A stretch of 61,903 bases of DNA, counting the filler. It is 22 parts of 22 records of this genome, joined end to end, with 100 filler letters (N's around TTAATTAATTAA, not from the genome) between each part and the next. Parts side by side here need not be neighbours in the genome. Positions count along the whole stretch, not along the records: positions 57,889 to 61,903 come from SRR16133337_89723; 21 more parts are not named here. The stretch is one strand, 5' to 3'. Positions within the stretch are counted from its first letter, which is position 1; every line of letters starts with the position of its first letter. A program made the position numbers and the translations under genes. Positions 57,924-61,903 of this stretch are shown here, piece by piece. The notes beneath the pieces were generated by a model. It did no database searches. It was given only the letters and a program-made list of their open reading frames with translations, and had not been told where the DNA came from.

Positions 57924-59327
57924 TTATGGATTCCAAGTATCCGTTCTAAAAGAGGAAGCAGGCAATCCTTCGGTATTAAACAAACTTCCTTCAGCACAGT
58001 TGGTAAAGGCATATCGAACGGCAACTGGATTTTTGACCTTTTTTGAACTTACGGTTACAATCCCTTTTGCTCTCCCTATTCTAGCTTGTGCAGGATAAAA
58101 TACTTTATCTTCTCCAGCAATTTCAAACCCTGTTAATTTTTCCCCAAAACTGCTAATTCCATTCAGAGCGAAGTCAAAAGTAAGTTCTACCTTTCCATCT
58201 GTAAGAATTTTCATGTTTTTATAAACAGGTCCAGAATATTCGACCCCCAATACTTTATAATCTTTAGCCAATGCCCAATAAGCTAATCTGTTACCTACAA
58301 TTTTCTTTTCTCTAGGGTGTATATACTTGCAATCTCCAATATCTAGTGTAACTGCCATACCTGTATTTTCCAAAGTTTGCATCGTTTTCAATTGTGCTTC
58401 TCTTAAAAAAGCAGTATTAACAGATTTTTCGTAGTCATAAGGAGCAATTTGAACAAAGTAAAAAGGAAAATTTCCCTGATTCCATTTGTTTCTCCAAGAA
58501 GTAATCATCGCATTCATCAAAGAAGTATATATTTCAGGATTGTTTTTATTAGATTCTCCCTGATACCAGATAGCTCCTTTGATGGTATAACCAATTAAAG
58601 GGTGAATCATCGCATTATAAAGGACAGTGGGGGTACGTTGTATTCCTTTTTTGGGGATTTTTGTAGGCATTGTTATTGTTTTAAATGAAGACAACGTTTC
58701 TTTATCTGTCCAAGCTTCTGCTTTTGAACCCCCCCAACAAGTAACAATAAGTCCTACGGGCACCTTTAAGATACTTTCCATTTTTTTCCCAAAGAAATAA
58801 GCTGTCGCACTAAAATCTGGAACTGTTGTAGGGGCTGCTATTTTCCAATTTCCTTTGATTTCATCTAAAGGGATCAAGCTAGAATTTCTAGGAGCTTTAA
58901 ACATTCGAATGTTCGTATTTTTAGAATTTAAGATAGCCTCTTGACTTCCGTTTATAGGTTGGTTATTAAATCCTTTTAAAGGCATCTCCATATTCGATTG
59001 TCCAGAACACAACCATACCTCACCAATCATCACATCTTTTAAGGTAATTTTTGTAGTTCCTTTAATTGTAATTGTATAGCCCCCCCCTGCTGTAGGAGTT
59101 TGAATTTTTAGTTTCCAATTTCCATTTTGATCCGTTTTTACTTTTGCTTTTTCTCCCCAACTTCCAAGCACTTTGATGGTAGTTTTTGATTTGTCTTTCC
59201 CCCAAATAAAAACTTTTTCATTTTGTTGTAAAACCATATGGTCACTAAAAAAGGATGCCAATTGAGTTTGAGAAAAACTAAGAGAGGTAAAACCTATGAG
59301 TAGGAGTAGAATTAATTTTTTGAACAT
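57924..59327 (-). CDS. Sialate O-acetylesterase (SASA / SGNH family), secreted
   Basis: Signal peptide; FSDHMVLQQ, GEVWLCSGQSNME, WGGS..EAW, LYNAMIHPL, IWYQGESN, IHP..K..VG.RLA, GLPASSFRTD. Confidence 0.92.
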   Translation of the reverse strand: MFKKLILLLLIGFTSLSFSQTQLASFFSDHMVLQQNEKVFIWGKDKSKTTIKVLGSWGEKAKVKTDQNGNWKLKIQTPTAGGGYTITIKGTTKITLKDVMIGEVWLCSGQSNMEMPLKGFNNQPINGSQEAILNSKNTNIRMFKAPRNSSLIPLDEIKGNWKIAAPTTVPDFSATAYFFGKKMESILKVPVGLIVTCWGGSKAEAWTDKETLSSFKTITMPTKIPKKGIQRTPTVLYNAMIHPLIGYTIKGAIWYQGESNKNNPEIYTSLMNAMITSWRNKWNQGNFPFYFVQIAPYDYEKSVNTAFLREAQLKTMQTLENTGMAVTLDIGDCKYIHPREKKIVGNRLAYWALAKDYKVLGVEYSGPVYKNMKILTDGKVELTFDFALNGISSFGEKLTGFEIAGEDKVFYPAQARIGRAKGIVTVSSKKVKNPVAVRYAFTNCAEGSLFNTEGLPASSFRTDTWNP

Positions 59328-59407
59328 GGTAAATTATGATTGATAAAGTTTAAATTTATTGGCGAATATACATTTTTAAAGAACATCTATAAAAACCCGA
59401 AAATTTA

Positions 59408-60445
59408 TTACCGATTTATTCCTTGTTCAGAAAGCCACTTTTGATATTTTCGTGCATTTTTGTTGTGCTGTCTCAAACTTTTGGCAAAAGCATGGCTTCC
59501 CTTTTTTTCAGGACTCGCACACATATAAAAATAATCATGTTGCACAGGGTTTAAAACGGCATCAATAGAAGAAATATCTGGCATAGAAATAAGTCCAGGA
59601 GGAATTCCAATATATTTATAGGTATTGTAAGGAGAATCTATTTTTAAATCATTATTTAAAACACGTTGGATATTTATCTCTTCTCCATATTGTTTCTTAT
59701 GGGCAAAAATAATCGTTGGATCTGCTTGTAAAGCCCATTTATTGCGGTAACGATTTAAGTACAATCCTGCTATAATTGGTCGTTCTTGTATCGTAGAGGT
59801 TTCTTTTTGTACTATGGAAGCCAATACCATAACTTCTTCAATATTTAACTGTTGTTTCTGTGCTTTTGAAATTCTATGAGCATTCCAAAAAGAAAGATAT
59901 TCTTTAAACATTCTGTTTCTAAAAGCTTCTGCATTGGTATTCCAATACAGTTGATAACTGTTAGGGATATACATTCCAATAGCGGTTGCTTTGGTAAAAC
60001 CATTTTTTTCTAAAAAAGAGCTTTCTGTAAAAGCTTTCAATAAAGAAATAGAATCGGCTTCTATTTGTTGAGAAACCCTCCCTGCTAACAATTCCAAACG
60101 ATGTTGGTTGTTAAAGGTTAGTTTTACGGGGACTTGTTTTCCTCTTCTCAATAAATTGACCAATTCATTAGAGTGCATTCCTTTTTCTAAAAAATACTTA
60201 CCCCCTCGAATATTTTTTGAGTACTTTTTTTGATGGGCAACCCATTTAAAAGCAACGGTGTCTTTCAGTAAAGGAGCCATTATTTTCACCAAAGAATCCA
60301 TGGAAGTTTTTGAAGGAATGTGGAGATAGGAATCTTTTACAACATTTTTGCCGTAAATTTTATAATAATAATGGGATGCTGTAATTGAGGAAATTAAAAT
60401 AAGGATTACTGCAATTCCACCAAATATTTTTGTTTTGTTTTGCAT
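59408..60445 (-). CDS. mltG: Endolytic transglycosylase
   Basis: N-terminal membrane anchor; LASIVQKET, IAGLYLNR, LQADPT, IDSPYNTY..GIPPG.I, AVLNP, H.FAK....H. Confidence 0.95.
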   Translation of the reverse strand: MQNKTKIFGGIAVILILISSITASHYYYKIYGKNVVKDSYLHIPSKTSMDSLVKIMAPLLKDTVAFKWVAHQKKYSKNIRGGKYFLEKGMHSNELVNLLRRGKQVPVKLTFNNQHRLELLAGRVSQQIEADSISLLKAFTESSFLEKNGFTKATAIGMYIPNSYQLYWNTNAEAFRNRMFKEYLSFWNAHRISKAQKQQLNIEEVMVLASIVQKETSTIQERPIIAGLYLNRYRNKWALQADPTIIFAHKKQYGEEINIQRVLNNDLKIDSPYNTYKYIGIPPGLISMPDISSIDAVLNPVQHDYFYMCASPEKKGSHAFAKSLRQHNKNARKYQKWLSEQGINR

Positions 60446-60448
60446 AAA

Positions 60449-60982
60449 CTATTTTTCTATTGTATGAATCCGTTGGTAGATAGCTTCATCTTTATAGGTT
60501 TGATTGCTAAAAATCCAATCTTTTTTAATCCCTACAAGGGTAAATTTGAATTTTTCGAACAAGGCAATGCTTATGGTATTGTCCGTCGTAATATTTGCGT
60601 ACAATTGATGTACATTTAGATAGTGAAATGCATAGGAAATAAGCAAATGCAGTGCTTCAGAAGCAACCCCTTTTTCTCTATGTTTTTGAGTGACTAAAAT
60701 CCCAATTCCGGCTCTTTTGTTTAGAGGGTCAAAATCAAATAAATCAATCATTCCAAGTGGATCACACTCCTTTTTAGATTCTATGACCAAACGCAACTGT
60801 TTGGTTTTATAAATATCCATAGAAGCATTTTCTAAATATTGCTTTAAAATGAATTTTGAAAAAGGAGTTTGTGTACAACTTATTTCCCAATGTTCTTCAT
60901 TGTTTTCTGAATCGTATAGAAATTGAAGATCTTCAGGCTCTAAAGCACGCAGATTTATATGTTTCCCTTTTAAGGTTTTCAT
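60449..60982 (-). CDS. GNAT family N-acetyltransferase (RimJ/RimL/SpeG-like)
   Basis: LRALEPEDL, GMIDLFDFDP...RAGIGI, R.KG.A, N..S..LFEK; ATG at 60982. Confidence 0.9.
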   Translation of the reverse strand: MKTLKGKHINLRALEPEDLQFLYDSENNEEHWEISCTQTPFSKFILKQYLENASMDIYKTKQLRLVIESKKECDPLGMIDLFDFDPLNKRAGIGILVTQKHREKGVASEALHLLISYAFHYLNVHQLYANITTDNTISIALFEKFKFTLVGIKKDWIFSNQTYKDEAIYQRIHTIEK

Positions 60983-61009
60983 TTGCTGTTCTAAGTTTAA
61001 AAGATTCAA

Positions 61010-61057
61010 CCCTTCGACTAGCTCAGGGCAGGTTATACTCCGCCCGGTTAGAAATTC
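61010..61057. repeat. REP-like hairpin CCCTTCGACTAGCTCAGGG next to a repeat family B copy that overlaps the dapF stop
   Basis: 61010-61032 is a GC-rich imperfect hairpin; 61034-61057 is TATACTCCGCCCGGTTAGAAATTC. Confidence 0.7.
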
Positions 61058-61827
61058 AAAACTCCTTTATAAACAAATTTTGCAGATCCTTTTAAGAGCA
61101 CTTCTTTAAAAGTATGGTTTCTCTTTTTAAAAGAGACTTCCAATTCACCTCCTTCAACCAGTAATTTTATGCTATTTGATGAGGTGTATTTTTGTTCGTA
61201 CATGGCTATCGCTACTGCTGTAACACCTGTACCACAAGCCAAGGTTTCGTTTTCAACTCCTCTTTCGTAGGTACGGACTCTAAATGTGGTAGCATCTATA
61301 GGTTCTACAAAATTAACATTGGTACCTTCTTTAAAATAAGGAGCCCCATTGCGAATCTTTTTTCCATTTGTATAAACATCGTATGCTTCAATGTTTTCAA
61401 CCAATTGTACGTGGTGTGGAGAACCTGTATTTAAAAAGGCATATTCTGAGTTGATTTTAATAGAGTTTACATCCATCATTTGTAGATTGACCAAACCATT
61501 TTCAAGAGTCGCATGGTGCAATCCATCAATAGCATCAAAAGTAGCTTTGTTTTCAATCATTCCCAAATGATGTGCAAAAGCAACCAAACATCTACCTCCA
61601 TTTCCACACATGCTACCTTCGTTGCCATCCGCATTGTAATATACCATTGTAAAATCATAGGTATCAGATGGATTTAATAAAATAATCCCGTCTGCTCCAA
61701 TACCAAAATGTCTATGACATAAACGATGAACAAGCTTTGTATCGTTTTGAGGAAAATGTAAGTCACGATTGTCGATCATTATAAAATCATTTCCTGTTCC
61801 TTGGTATTTGTAAAAAGAGAGTTCCAT
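61048..61827 (-). CDS. dapF: Diaminopimelate epimerase
   Basis: KYQGTGNDF, LCHRHFGIGADG, NADG..GSMCGNGGRC, TGSPHHV, NVNF, RTYERGVE.ETLACGTG. Confidence 0.97.
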   Translation of the reverse strand: MELSFYKYQGTGNDFIMIDNRDLHFPQNDTKLVHRLCHRHFGIGADGIILLNPSDTYDFTMVYYNADGNEGSMCGNGGRCLVAFAHHLGMIENKATFDAIDGLHHATLENGLVNLQMMDVNSIKINSEYAFLNTGSPHHVQLVENIEAYDVYTNGKKIRNGAPYFKEGTNVNFVEPIDATTFRVRTYERGVENETLACGTGVTAVAIAMYEQKYTSSNSIKLLVEGGELEVSFKKRNHTFKEVLLKGSAKFVYKGVLNF

Positions 61828-61872
61828 TTCCTGTTTTAAATCTTACGCAAAGTTAGTAAATAATCTTATTAA

Positions 61873-61903
61873 CTTGTCTTGCAGATGGTGATACAGTGAT
61901 GCC
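61873..61903 (-). repeat. Repeat family A copy at window end
   Basis: Reverse complement GGCATCACTGTATCACCATCTGCAAGACAAG. Confidence 0.7.

Overview
This window is not one genomic locus. It is 22 short contigs joined by 100-nt N linkers carrying TTAATTAATTAA, and they come from at least two organisms. (i) A Flavobacteriaceae-like Bacteroidota bacterium, with TAnnTTTG promoters. Its housekeeping contigs carry dcp-like M3 peptidase, lgt-yidD-cysS, PIN-PhoH and dnaN, alr, sialate O-acetylesterase-mltG-GNAT-dapF and a LuxE-like gene. It also has a DDE transposase, two dispersed repeat families and a deleted thymidine kinase remnant. Two accessory contigs carry a complete E2-only (type II short) CBASS operon and a stand-alone P-loop ATPase beside a convergent RelE/ParE toxin-antitoxin pair. 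The CBASS operon runs CD-NTase, E2, HNH-SAVED, is led by an HTH-S24 LexA-like gene and is followed by a coupled PD-(D/E)xK-like gene. (ii) An AT-rich, intron-containing eukaryote. It contributes a Helitron-type Rep/PIF1 helicase ORF with nine zinc fingers, a deleted hAT element, a palindromic 53-bp minisatellite, and spliced genes or exons that I assembled by hand: an extensin-like secreted protein, a clan AA aspartic protease homolog with DTG changed to HTG, CSN1, Enhancer of polycomb, fucokinase-like, type II dihydroorotase and a trypsin-like peptidase. One contig starts with Illumina adapter. The best candidate for a new system is the LexA-like-regulated five-gene CBASS. All family calls rest on motif recognition, not database searches.
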